A stretch of DNA of 64,000 bases from a phage, in sequence record PZ583738.1. One strand, given 5' to 3'. How positions within the stretch are numbered: position 1 is the stretch's first letter; every line of letters starts with the position of its first letter. The notes beneath the pieces are model-generated. The model ran no database searches and was not told the origin of the DNA. It saw only the letters and a list, made by a program, of their open reading frames with translations. Below, in pieces: positions 1 to 9,321 of this stretch. Both the position numbers and the translations under genes were made by a program.

Positions 1-99
1 GTTTACATATTGGTTGAGTATCTCTGACGAGTTTGTATTGTCATACCCGGTCCCGTCTTCAAGCCGGGCGAATAAGCTTGCATCATAAGAATTACGCAT
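1..99 (-). CDS. 14: probable neck protein gp14, N-terminal fragment (truncated by window edge)
   Basis: Minus-strand ATG at 99 opens a frame that runs off the window edge; location after gene 13 matches T4 order 13-14; assignment by synteny only. Confidence 0.3.
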   Translation of the reverse strand, partial: MRNSYDASLFARLEDGTGYDNTNSSEILNQYVN

Positions 100-727
100 A
101 ATTCCATAATTTCCATTTTTCGGCTGTACTTTTACATCTGTAAATGACCGCAGCCGGAGTTATTGAATAATATTCTGCACATTTTCTTCCGGTACAAAAT
201 TCTAGGTCGCCAGTAATAATTTTACGTGCCGCCGGATTTTTATCATCAGAAAAATCAGGATGTCGGTCCTTAAAATCAATCCACATTCGCGCCGTTGACT
301 CTTTACGACGTTTTAATCCTTCTTCGGACCATTCTCTTTGTTTTGCGGCTTCCGACATTCGTTTTCTTGATTCAGCTGTTCTCTTTTTACCAAAAGCAGG
401 AGAATCTTCTGGACGACTATAACCTTCTGGACCACCTCCCCCTGTTGGATGTAAATTTGCACAATTATCAAAACTTTCTAAAAGTTCACTAACTAGTAAA
501 GCTTCGGCTTCCTTTAATAGAGCAGGTGATTCAAAAGGTTTAGACCAGGTAATATCGACTAAACATTTTCTTCCATATTTTTGTTTAGCTCGTTTAACAA
601 TAGTACCCGACCCAAAATAACTATCCGCTTTAAAATCTTCATATGGCGAATGACGTTTACCGCCATACACCATTACCCCACCAGATGTTTCAAATGTCGA
701 CACATAAAGTCTATAATAAGTAGCCAT
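92..727 (-). CDS. GIY-YIG family homing endonuclease (Seg-like)
   Basis: 211 aa; N-terminal YRLYV..VMVYGGKR and YFGSGT motifs typical of GIY-YIG; basic NUMOD-like stretches (KRTAESRKRMSEA, GLKRRKEST); paralogous to ORF 14387-15064; inserted between genes 13 and 14. Confidence 0.6.
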   Translation of the reverse strand: MATYYRLYVSTFETSGGVMVYGGKRHSPYEDFKADSYFGSGTIVKRAKQKYGRKCLVDITWSKPFESPALLKEAEALLVSELLESFDNCANLHPTGGGGPEGYSRPEDSPAFGKKRTAESRKRMSEAAKQREWSEEGLKRRKESTARMWIDFKDRHPDFSDDKNPAARKIITGDLEFCTGRKCAEYYSITPAAVIYRCKSTAEKWKLWNYA

Positions 728-1665
728 TAGCCCACCAATATAGGAGTCGGTGCATCCAGCAGGTCAAGTTCTTCACGAAGACGTTCTTTTTCCATACGAG
801 CTTCTTCAATTAAACGAACACCATCAACTGTGACGCCACCTGGCATCATCATTCCCTGGTGTTTAGCTAATACGTTGCCATTAACTTCCTTAACGAGCGC
901 CGTGGCATAGTCTTTCACCCAACGGTTGTTGTATGCACCATCTTGAAGTCCAAGGTCCTCACCTGCTCTCATGCCGCTTATTCTGCGCGCCGGGTTATCC
1001 CACTGTGCACCAGCATTCCATGGATTATCACAATCGGCCGAAGCAAAACCATAGCCAGCTGTATTGCCTACCATTGAATCCACACCGTTATATGATTTGG
1101 TATAAACTTCAATTACAATCACATCTCCCTGACGGAAGTTGCCCATAATTTTAAGTTGTTCAGTATCGTCATTATACCAGTAATCTGGCAGCGGAACCAT
1201 CAGGTCTTGCATCATTGAACGGTATTGCATAAGCTGTGTAAAATAACCAAGGTCTGCACCAAAAGCATTTGGTCCAAAGCTGTTACATGAGCTACCCATT
1301 CCACCGTTAATCCCAGCAAGTCCCAGAACAAAATCTGTGAACCACGGATATGTGGCTTGCCCGTCCATCGAAGTTAATGAACCGACGTTAGTACGAATAA
1401 TCTGCGTTACTGCAAAAATATTACGGCCTTTTAAATCGAAAACACCATCGCGGAATTTCTGCTGTGAAACTTCATCATGGCCAATATAAAAAGCCTGATA
1501 ACCTTTGTTATAACCATTATAGTGATATTCGCCATATAATTCTAATGCGCGCTGGATGCAATCATAAACCTGTTCGGTCGTAACTTCGATATTCGTGATT
1601 GGCGCACCAAGACGACGAAGGATTGCATCTTTTAATTGTTTCGGGTTGTATGATTCAGTTGCCAT
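727..1665 (-). CDS. 13: neck protein gp13
   Basis: 312 aa, ATG at 1665 with SD (AGAGGAAAA); size and position after wac match T4 gp13 (about 309 aa). Confidence 0.8.
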   Translation of the reverse strand: MATESYNPKQLKDAILRRLGAPITNIEVTTEQVYDCIQRALELYGEYHYNGYNKGYQAFYIGHDEVSQQKFRDGVFDLKGRNIFAVTQIIRTNVGSLTSMDGQATYPWFTDFVLGLAGINGGMGSSCNSFGPNAFGADLGYFTQLMQYRSMMQDLMVPLPDYWYNDDTEQLKIMGNFRQGDVIVIEVYTKSYNGVDSMVGNTAGYGFASADCDNPWNAGAQWDNPARRISGMRAGEDLGLQDGAYNNRWVKDYATALVKEVNGNVLAKHQGMMMPGGVTVDGVRLIEEARMEKERLREELDLLDAPTPILVG

Positions 1666-1683
1666 ATGTTTTCCTCTTTACTG

Positions 1684-1691
1684 TATTTATA
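1684..1691 (-). promoter_or_regulatory. T4-type late promoter (TATAAATA) for gene 13
   Basis: Plus-strand tatttata = TATAAATA on minus strand, about 19 nt upstream of gene 13 ATG. Confidence 0.5.
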
Positions 1692-1693
1692 CG

Positions 1694-1715
1694 AAAAAAG
1701 GGCCGAAGCCCTTTT
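1694..1715 (-). terminator. rho-independent terminator after wac (UUCG tetraloop hairpin + U-run)
   Basis: Minus-strand RNA aaaagggc-uucg-gcccuuuuuucg immediately after wac stop. Confidence 0.6.
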
Positions 1716-1716
1716 A

Positions 1717-3348
1717 TTATGGTGCTGGATTTAATGTCACAAATGTTGACAAAAGAACCCATGCATTATCAACTAGAACATACGGGAGGCCATCGGCCAC
1801 AGGAGCGACAGGAGGCCTTTTGGCGAGCTCTGTTTCTAAGGCTGATACTTTACCTTCTAAAGTAGTTATCTTCGTCTCGGCCGCATCCAGGCGACCAGGA
1901 AGCGGAGTTACTGTACCTTCAAGAGTTGTCACACGAGTAGTTAATGGTGCGATTTTTGCAGTATCGAGTTTAATTGCATCAATCTCGGTTTTAGCATCGA
2001 TAATTTCAGCCCAGGTTCCTTGCTTACGTCCATATAGCTTATTATCCAGTGGTGCATCGTTCAGCTTGGACGCCATCAGCATATCCAAGTTAATTACAAC
2101 CGGAAGAACACCACGTTCAGCCACAGTAGCACCGTTAGGGTTTGTACCATTCATCTGACTAGTTAAAGTCAAAATAGAACCTTTCATACCAGTGTTATTT
2201 GTACCAATTTCAGCTTGTACATCCTGGAGACCTGATGCAGTTTCGTTAGCCAGCGTAGTGGTTGCATTCAACTTATACGTGATAGTGTTTGGCTCTGGAG
2301 ATTGCTCTGTACCGATTCTCTGAGAAAGCCATGCAGTGGTACCACGCAAACCGGAACTTGAATCCTGGCCAACAACAACCTGTAATCCATTGACATCCGC
2401 TCGTAAAGCACTGATTCGACCATTAATTGTCAATGGCTCCAGTGCTGTTCCAATATCAGCTTCAACCTTAGTGAGTCTTGGTTTGATATTCGCAATATCT
2501 GTTTCATTGACCGAAACACGCCCACCAAGATTTTCAACGCGGGTTGTAATTGCAATCCCTGTACCAAAACCAATAGCTTCTTGAATGTTGGCAATATCTT
2601 CGTCAATTTCGACTGCTTTACCATCAAGAGTATTCAGTCTAACAAATACAGCCGGTTTACCTATTGCTAAAGTAGACTCACCTAATTCTTCGCGAATTTT
2701 AATTACTTTTACGTTAAGAGAACCAACATCAGAATCATGGTAATTGTCCTCAAGAGTCTTAATACGAACTCCATGAGCAACAATAGCAGAACTGTTATCG
2801 ATGATGCGGCGTTTCATGCCTTTTGATGGATTGCCGATAACCTGGAGACCATTTATATCTTGGTCAACATACTGACCTAATTCATTTTTAATCCATACGA
2901 GGTCATTACGAACTGTGCGATAATATGAATCGGTTAACGGGTCATAAGCACCAACATCTTCTTTTAACGTTTTAAGACCTTCGGATGTTTCACTTGACAG
3001 CAATTCGGTATTAAATTGACGTTCATCAAGGTCAAGAATATCCGTACGGTTTTTTTCAATTTGTTTAACAACTTCTGTGTTAGTTGTTATATCCAAAGCT
3101 TCCTGAATATTATTGACGTTATCAATAATTTCGTTGATTTTTTCTTTAGATGCATTTGAGTTGTCGTCGAGTGTATCTACGTTTGTTTGAACGCCAACTG
3201 CAGCGGCGTTCAAATTACCATCATAACCATATTTGGTACTGGCCGCAGTCATACAATCGCCGTTTTGTATCCAACGAATTCTCTGTTGACCTTCGTCTGG
3301 AATACCGATGCTATACGGCAGCTCTTTGAGACTGAGTTTATTAATCAT
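1717..3348 (-). CDS. wac: fibritin (whisker antigen control, neck whiskers)
   Basis: 543 aa from ATG 3348 (MINKLSLKELPYSIGIPDEGQQRIRWIQNG resembles T4 wac N-terminus); long coiled-coil body; C-terminal foldon-like motif PYVLVDNAWVLLSTF; track start 3399 is upstream extension. Confidence 0.85.
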   Translation of the reverse strand: MINKLSLKELPYSIGIPDEGQQRIRWIQNGDCMTAASTKYGYDGNLNAAAVGVQTNVDTLDDNSNASKEKINEIIDNVNNIQEALDITTNTEVVKQIEKNRTDILDLDERQFNTELLSSETSEGLKTLKEDVGAYDPLTDSYYRTVRNDLVWIKNELGQYVDQDINGLQVIGNPSKGMKRRIIDNSSAIVAHGVRIKTLEDNYHDSDVGSLNVKVIKIREELGESTLAIGKPAVFVRLNTLDGKAVEIDEDIANIQEAIGFGTGIAITTRVENLGGRVSVNETDIANIKPRLTKVEADIGTALEPLTINGRISALRADVNGLQVVVGQDSSSGLRGTTAWLSQRIGTEQSPEPNTITYKLNATTTLANETASGLQDVQAEIGTNNTGMKGSILTLTSQMNGTNPNGATVAERGVLPVVINLDMLMASKLNDAPLDNKLYGRKQGTWAEIIDAKTEIDAIKLDTAKIAPLTTRVTTLEGTVTPLPGRLDAAETKITTLEGKVSALETELAKRPPVAPVADGLPYVLVDNAWVLLSTFVTLNPAP

Positions 3349-3356
3349 TTTGGTCC

Positions 3357-4907
3357 TTAGTAATGAATTTTGATAATATAGTTTAAAGACATATTCCATG
3401 GGCGAGTTTCATAACCAATAAGACCTTCACGGTTTAATGTACCTAAAGCATCTCTGCCGCCACCGAGTTCAAATCCATCGTTAGTAAAATATGAAGCGTT
3501 ATCCCAGTCTGCATATTTTCTTGTGCCCAGATAACCCTGATAAACTGATGCACCAAATGGAGCTTCGTTGCGTTGGTATTCACCCCAGCCACCCGCGTGT
3601 TTATGATATGACATTTGCTGAGCTTGTACACCACCGACCCATGAACCATCACAACCAACACCCAAACGGTCTTTGCCATAACCATCTTGACCGCGGTTAT
3701 TCAGAATATGTCCACCGGTACCAGCACCGCGAACAAACAAACCGCGCATATCAGGAATACCGACGTTAGTCCAATCGCCACCAAAACGAGTTCCAACAGT
3801 ATTTCGATAGTCAGGGAATTGGTCACCATTAACGGTGCCACCATGACACATAATCCAACCAGGAGGAGCACTATCACCCGCGAACATCATCACTGTTCCG
3901 ACAGGAACGCGTTCGGAAGCATAACGCTGTGTGGAAAGTAATTGGCCACCCATATGGGCCGTATTAGAATCAAAATTGCCGGTGGAAATATAATCTAAAG
4001 AAAGACTTCCATTAATTCGTTGACCGCCGCGAGTGTTGATTACATCGGCGTTCCAAGCCAGCGCCCCGGCACCGTCACCACCAGGAGCAACCCCAGCCTG
4101 AGTAGTTAATCTAACAACACCGCGAATATCGGTTGTAGCACCACGACCATTAAGAGTTGCTCCGGTTACCGCAACACCATCAGCACTGTTATTAATCTCT
4201 GACTGAGTACCAAGACGAATAATCCCCGCGCGGTCTTGTGTTGCTGTACGAGCATTTAAACCAGCCGGAGAAATTGCTACACCGTCACCCAGAGTTCCTG
4301 CTTGCACTTCAGCATTTGTAGCAATTCGTACTAAACCAGAAACAGTTTGTGTGGCAGTTGAATAAGTCGGAAGAGCTGCTGTTGCTTTGCCAATTGCCAG
4401 AGCAACTTTCAACGGAGACATAGCGGTTGTATCATCTGTACCAGCTAAAGCTGCATCCTCGGTACTAATACGAAGAACACCCAAATTATTTTCGGTACCG
4501 ACACGAACAGCAAAAACATCATCAATTGTTGCTTTTAATGAAGACGGAACAATAGCCGCATCGGTTAATGTCCCGGCAATTGCTTCAGCATTGGTTGCAT
4601 AACGGGTAATACCTACATAAGTTTCTGTGGCTTGCGTAGGGATGTCTAAACGAGCTTTTAAGGTCGCTGGAGTAACTGCAGAGTCTGGACTAATACCATC
4701 AATAACTTCTTGTGTGGTGGCTAGTCTGATGAGTCCTGCAGTCGTTTCGGAAGAGGCTGGGATATATCCATCTAACGCAATTTTATTAAGAGACCCTAAA
4801 GCCTCTTGTACGTTGGTAACAGTCGACGGGAAAGCTGTCCCCGTCGGGTCGAACGTTTTATATTCAGATTTATCGCTAATGTGTTTTAGCGTGTTAGTCG
4901 TTGTCAT
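3357..4907 (-). CDS. 12: short tail fiber protein gp12
   Basis: 516 aa; strong resemblance to T4 gp12 (FDPTGTAFP N-terminus, C-terminal MSYHKHAGG..ETRPWNxSLNYIIK receptor-binding region). Confidence 0.9.
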   Translation of the reverse strand: MTTTNTLKHISDKSEYKTFDPTGTAFPSTVTNVQEALGSLNKIALDGYIPASSETTAGLIRLATTQEVIDGISPDSAVTPATLKARLDIPTQATETYVGITRYATNAEAIAGTLTDAAIVPSSLKATIDDVFAVRVGTENNLGVLRISTEDAALAGTDDTTAMSPLKVALAIGKATAALPTYSTATQTVSGLVRIATNAEVQAGTLGDGVAISPAGLNARTATQDRAGIIRLGTQSEINNSADGVAVTGATLNGRGATTDIRGVVRLTTQAGVAPGGDGAGALAWNADVINTRGGQRINGSLSLDYISTGNFDSNTAHMGGQLLSTQRYASERVPVGTVMMFAGDSAPPGWIMCHGGTVNGDQFPDYRNTVGTRFGGDWTNVGIPDMRGLFVRGAGTGGHILNNRGQDGYGKDRLGVGCDGSWVGGVQAQQMSYHKHAGGWGEYQRNEAPFGASVYQGYLGTRKYADWDNASYFTNDGFELGGGRDALGTLNREGLIGYETRPWNMSLNYIIKIHY

Positions 4908-5572
4908 TACGATACTCGCTTATAATGGTAAAGTGAAATTGCGCCATTTGCTGTGCCACCTGATAATGTCTGGGTTGAAGTTCCAAGATATTCCCAGGAA
5001 CCATAACCACCGCGCGGTTGCTGTGTAATAATCTGGCTAAGCGTACAACCATATTGAGCGAAAGGTGCAAAATTATGGTTTTGGTAGTCGTTATATGTAA
5101 TATTTAATATAGACTGGTCCACACTATCAATTGCAGAGCTTGACACAATTAAACTATCAGCAACAGCCGTCAGCAAAGCATCGTTAACCTTGGAAGCAAC
5201 CAATACAGCCGAATCCCCGACAATAACCTCAACCGGAATACCAAAAATGAAAAACAAAACAGTATCACCGACCCCAGCGCCAGAAATAGACCCGGTGAAT
5301 TTAATTTTATCCGACTGACTAATTGCAGCAGGAGAAAGGTTATTTGTATTAGTAATTACACTGCCAACCGGAAGCTCACATCGAAACGCAATATCATCTA
5401 TTGCGCTCTGAACTGTTGGATAAAAAATACCCTCGGTTGTTTGTGTTGCGGATGGGCCGCCGATTGCTCGTTGACCCATGACAGCCGTAATATTTTTTGA
5501 TGTATTTTGAAATTCTAAGTAACTAGCAAGGCGGGAAATTACTCCAGCCTTTTTATTCGTTAATGTTTTCAT
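4907..5572 (-). CDS. 11: baseplate wedge protein gp11 (short tail fiber attachment)
   Basis: 221 aa; NKKAGVISRLA N-terminus and GYGSWEYLG motif resemble T4 gp11 (about 219 aa); position between 10 and 12. Confidence 0.85.
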   Translation of the reverse strand: MKTLTNKKAGVISRLASYLEFQNTSKNITAVMGQRAIGGPSATQTTEGIFYPTVQSAIDDIAFRCELPVGSVITNTNNLSPAAISQSDKIKFTGSISGAGVGDTVLFFIFGIPVEVIVGDSAVLVASKVNDALLTAVADSLIVSSSAIDSVDQSILNITYNDYQNHNFAPFAQYGCTLSQIITQQPRGGYGSWEYLGTSTQTLSGGTANGAISLYHYKRVS

Positions 5573-7383
5573 TAAGCAATCCTTACCCAGCGATGAGCAA
5601 TCAAATATGGAGGCATTGTATAAACCGGTTGAGCTTGAGGGTCTTGCGCCTGATTAATAGTGGCTTTGTCTTCTCTGTATTTGGTATAGGCTGGACCTTG
5701 TGCATCTGGGTCTACCTGACAACCGCCGACAACAATCGGACCATTATCATCAACAACCAAAAATTTCTCATCGGTTTCAAGTTTAGGTACGTTTATATCT
5801 TTAATATGAACTTCAACACTACCACCTGTGCCACCCGCCGTCGCTTGTGGGTTACCACCAGAATCCAGGTCATTATTGTTTGTATGGAAGTTTGAGGCAG
5901 GGTCGTCCGACCAGGCAACAATTACACGTTCTTTCAAACGTTTCCATGAACCAAACCCCATATAAGTAACCGGGTTATTCGGGTTAACCGTATTTTCGTA
6001 AATTGTACCAACCGGATAGAATAATTCAAAGATAGCGCCAACAGAAGATGGAACAACTTCCTGAAGACCGACTGGTTCAACGTTTGGTGCAAACGGATTA
6101 TCAAAATCTGTAATACGTACACGACCGGTTAAGCTCAATGTATTTCCCTGAGAAACATAAAGAGTGTCAGTCTCATCACGGATTTCATCCATGGTCATAG
6201 TTGTGCCGATATCGTTATTGTACCAAATGACCGACAGAATATCACCATCTTCAAATTCACGATAAATGCTAATACCTTCGATGCGGTTGTCATCATCAAA
6301 TTGCAGCAAATAATCCTGGGTTGATTCAGACCAACTGCCACCATTTGCGCTACATTCTGCCGCAGTGGAACCTTGCGCACCTTCGCAATAAAATACTGGA
6401 GTTCCTGCAGTCCCGGCTTGGTGTTGTAAAATACTGTTAATGAATACCTGACATGCATTTGGGTTAATTGGGCTACCCGGAGAGATACCAAGTTCTTCAA
6501 TTGTAAAGGTGTGTTTGGATGTCAAATCTGTAACAATCAAAGAACCATTAATTGTTGTTTCTTTGGTCCTGTCCTGACTACGAACAAGTACATCACGACG
6601 ATTATACGAACTACGCCATTGAGCAATACCATCATTAAATGTTCGGATGATAACAGTATCACCTTCAGCACATGGCATTTTCAGACGGATGCTTTTACCA
6701 TCAAGCGCAACGATTTCACCAGGGTTTGCACCAGGGGAACCAAATTCAGCATTCACCGGGTCGAAAATATCATCTTTACCATAAAACAGGTCGTTACCAC
6801 GATGTTTGACTTCTAAGTTCGATACGCTATACGGAATAGCACCAAACACATTGATAAAGTCAGTTTGTCCTTCGGTAGCAATAAACTGTTGGGATGCAAC
6901 TGTAGCAACGTCGTTATTTGAAATTTTATCGACTTGTTTATTATCGATATATTCCCAACGACCTGGTGAACAATATACAAGTTCAAGGTCAGCTAAGTTG
7001 CGTTTAATTTCTACTGGATTTGGTGAGCCTTTAATCGTATCCCCGACTGCAGGAACAATTGTCACCGGGTTGATTTGCCAGGTAGCAAACACGTCACGCA
7101 AGCGAATTACATAATTGTATTCTTGAGTTGTTCCTTTCGGGAGGACGACTCGAACAGCACCGGCTGATGTATCGATGGTATAGCTTCGACCCATAACAGC
7201 AGACAACTCGGTGCCTTCTTGTGTAGTCCAAGTTTTCCATGCACCAGCCGCATGAGGATTTTCACCGTCACCCAGCTGATAATAAAGGTCGTCAAAGTTA
7301 TTGTTTATTTTTTGACCGCCGAGACGAAGGTAATCACCAGTACCATCATCAACCATATTGCCAATTTTTAAATTCTGTTTCAT
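5572..7383 (-). CDS. 10: baseplate wedge protein gp10
   Basis: 603 aa; N-terminus MKQNLKIGNMVDDGTGDYLR..NFDDLYYQLGDG closely resembles T4 gp10 (about 602 aa). Confidence 0.9.
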   Translation of the reverse strand: MKQNLKIGNMVDDGTGDYLRLGGQKINNNFDDLYYQLGDGENPHAAGAWKTWTTQEGTELSAVMGRSYTIDTSAGAVRVVLPKGTTQEYNYVIRLRDVFATWQINPVTIVPAVGDTIKGSPNPVEIKRNLADLELVYCSPGRWEYIDNKQVDKISNNDVATVASQQFIATEGQTDFINVFGAIPYSVSNLEVKHRGNDLFYGKDDIFDPVNAEFGSPGANPGEIVALDGKSIRLKMPCAEGDTVIIRTFNDGIAQWRSSYNRRDVLVRSQDRTKETTINGSLIVTDLTSKHTFTIEELGISPGSPINPNACQVFINSILQHQAGTAGTPVFYCEGAQGSTAAECSANGGSWSESTQDYLLQFDDDNRIEGISIYREFEDGDILSVIWYNNDIGTTMTMDEIRDETDTLYVSQGNTLSLTGRVRITDFDNPFAPNVEPVGLQEVVPSSVGAIFELFYPVGTIYENTVNPNNPVTYMGFGSWKRLKERVIVAWSDDPASNFHTNNNDLDSGGNPQATAGGTGGSVEVHIKDINVPKLETDEKFLVVDDNGPIVVGGCQVDPDAQGPAYTKYREDKATINQAQDPQAQPVYTMPPYLIAHRWVRIA

Positions 7384-8252
7384 TATACCGGTACTCCGAT
7401 TGTTTGGGCGGAAATTACTTTAATAGCGAGCTTCATGGCAGTGGGTGAGCTTATAGCCGCCTGAATGATATCCTGGTTATCAATTCTAAAATCGATGGCA
7501 TATATCTCATCTTCTTCATTAGTTTGTCCACGTCTGATTACAGCGTATTCTGTGCTATATACCTTGCGGTCCTTAAGGTCGATGTAAAGTAATATTTCTG
7601 ATGCTTTGTATTTAGTTTCGTCTGTTGAAATAGCTGTCAGCATCAATTTGATAGTTTTATAATCTGCGCGGAAAGCAAGTGGAATATCACGAACAACCGA
7701 GCTCATATTGTATGTTTTGTCGAGCAATACAGATTGGTTGCCAAACATACTTTCAATTTTGTAGTCCCAGGTCCCTACGCCGTTAGCATCGTCAATACAC
7801 CACAATGTAATTTTTGTATAAGGCTGAGTAAATTTCATTTTGTTCGTTGCAGCAGTCAGGAATGAATCCGTGCCTTGTAGTTCAACTTCCAGAGGCAACG
7901 AGGTGGATAATGAACCATTGGAGTTAATAAAGATAACACCTTCGCCTGCTTTACCTTTTGCAATTCTTGCAGTGATAACACCTTCGGCAGTATTGACATC
8001 TCGCATAGAACCGAGAGCAACAGTCGAGTTCCATTCGATGATATTTGTGGCTTTTTGATAGTAGCCAGTCGCATGAAGTACCTGGGAGTTTTCTCCATTG
8101 TTCACAGAGTACAGACGCTGGTCGCCGAATGTATTATACAAACTGTCTAAATCCACGTTCAGTTTACGACCGCCTTCATATAGAATATCACCGGTGCTGG
8201 CGTTACCAATCTCGCCGATGTCTACTAATAATTTTGGGGTTTGATTAATCAT
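7383..8252 (-). CDS. 9: baseplate wedge protein gp9 (long tail fiber socket)
   Basis: 289 aa; GEIGNASTGDIL..HATGYYQ matches T4 gp9 (about 288 aa); SD GAGG upstream of ATG 8252. Confidence 0.9.
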   Translation of the reverse strand: MINQTPKLLVDIGEIGNASTGDILYEGGRKLNVDLDSLYNTFGDQRLYSVNNGENSQVLHATGYYQKATNIIEWNSTVALGSMRDVNTAEGVITARIAKGKAGEGVIFINSNGSLSTSLPLEVELQGTDSFLTAATNKMKFTQPYTKITLWCIDDANGVGTWDYKIESMFGNQSVLLDKTYNMSSVVRDIPLAFRADYKTIKLMLTAISTDETKYKASEILLYIDLKDRKVYSTEYAVIRRGQTNEEDEIYAIDFRIDNQDIIQAAISSPTAMKLAIKVISAQTIGVPV

Positions 8253-8279
8253 AGGTAAGCCTCGTTATTGATATAGCTA

Positions 8280-8287
8280 TATTTATA
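8280..8287 (-). promoter_or_regulatory. T4-type late promoter (TATAAATA) for gene 9
   Basis: Plus tatttata = minus TATAAATA, 28 nt upstream of gene 9 ATG. Confidence 0.5.
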
Positions 8288-8290
8288 GAA

Positions 8291-8313
8291 TAAAAAAGGG
8301 ACCCGAAGGTCCC
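8291..8313 (-). terminator. rho-independent terminator after gene 8 (UUCG tetraloop)
   Basis: Minus RNA gggacc-uucg-ggucccuuuuuua directly after gene 8 stop. Confidence 0.6.
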
Positions 8314-8316
8314 TTG

Positions 8317-9321
8317 TTAGAATTCAAAAATAATGTTAACTTCTTCTGTCTGGTCCATTGCACGAATAATCGGTGGGCGGTTTTCCATATAAATCATTTC
8401 CCCGGAATGACGGTCCAAATCAATTGCATCGTAGTATTCTTTGATTGCTTTGATATTTGGGTCATTAGGATGTACTTTAACTTCAAGTGGGTTGGATATA
8501 ATCGACAGCTGGCGGAAGCCTTTGTTCCCTGGAAGACTGAACTCTGGGAAATAAATGGAATCCATAAATGCTTTAAATCTGATTGTATATCCTTTGATTC
8601 TGTATATTAAACCGAAATCATCTTGTTGCCAGCTGATATTGTCTTTGTAACCCCAACGTGATGGGTCTTCTTCAATTTCTTCAGGCCATGGAACAACAAT
8701 ATATTCGTTAGTACAACGGTTGATGGATACATCAGGTGGAATCTCATACAAATATTCCCAGAGATAACCATCGCCCATATCGACTCGTCCTTCTGTATCA
8801 CCAGTCCCAGCTGGAGCTCTCGTCGAGTTATATTCAGCAGTCCATTTACCACCGAGTTTTAAACACTCTTCTTTATTGATAATAGAATAAATGGAGCAAG
8901 TCCCAACATCAGGAACGTCTACACAACGATAAACCATCCAACCTTTACCAACATCAGTTCGGTTATACGGAGCACTGTTAGCTACAACAATTTCCCCTAC
9001 CTGGAAGTTAAGCGGATTGGGATATCTGATATCGCCCCAGTCTTTACGTGGGACAACACAATCAAGCATTGACTTATAAACTTTGACTGCACCCATCATA
9101 TTTGTCCAAGTATCTTCAACACCTTGTGCTGTGTCAACCGGATAAGGAGGGGCGAACCCCGGGTCATTCTCATTCGAAGCCCAGGGTTCAGCACGACCGA
9201 ACGTTACATACATCGTATTCTGGTCGGGCTCATTACCAATCATTTTATAAAAGTTATACATTTTTTCAGTTCGAAATTTCGAGGTAATTATCGAACGATA
9301 AACTACAGATGAATTATTCAT
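8317..9321 (-). CDS. 8: baseplate wedge protein gp8
   Basis: 334 aa; N-terminus MNNSSVVYRSIITSKFRTEKM..FGRAEPWASNEN closely resembles T4 gp8 (334 aa). Confidence 0.9.
   Translation of the reverse strand: MNNSSVVYRSIITSKFRTEKMYNFYKMIGNEPDQNTMYVTFGRAEPWASNENDPGFAPPYPVDTAQGVEDTWTNMMGAVKVYKSMLDCVVPRKDWGDIRYPNPLNFQVGEIVVANSAPYNRTDVGKGWMVYRCVDVPDVGTCSIYSIINKEECLKLGGKWTAEYNSTRAPAGTGDTEGRVDMGDGYLWEYLYEIPPDVSINRCTNEYIVVPWPEEIEEDPSRWGYKDNISWQQDDFGLIYRIKGYTIRFKAFMDSIYFPEFSLPGNKGFRQLSIISNPLEVKVHPNDPNIKAIKEYYDAIDLDRHSGEMIYMENRPPIIRAMDQTEEVNIIFEF

Noticed and set aside
1595-2158. Plus-strand ORFs inside minus-strand structural genes (e.g. 1595-2158, 6511-6816, 10183-10386, 16036-16473) and nested minus ORFs such as 13112-13786
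   Set aside because: They overlap genes with strong T4 homology (wac, 10, 7, 5, 6) in other frames and show no start context; antisense or shadow ORFs.
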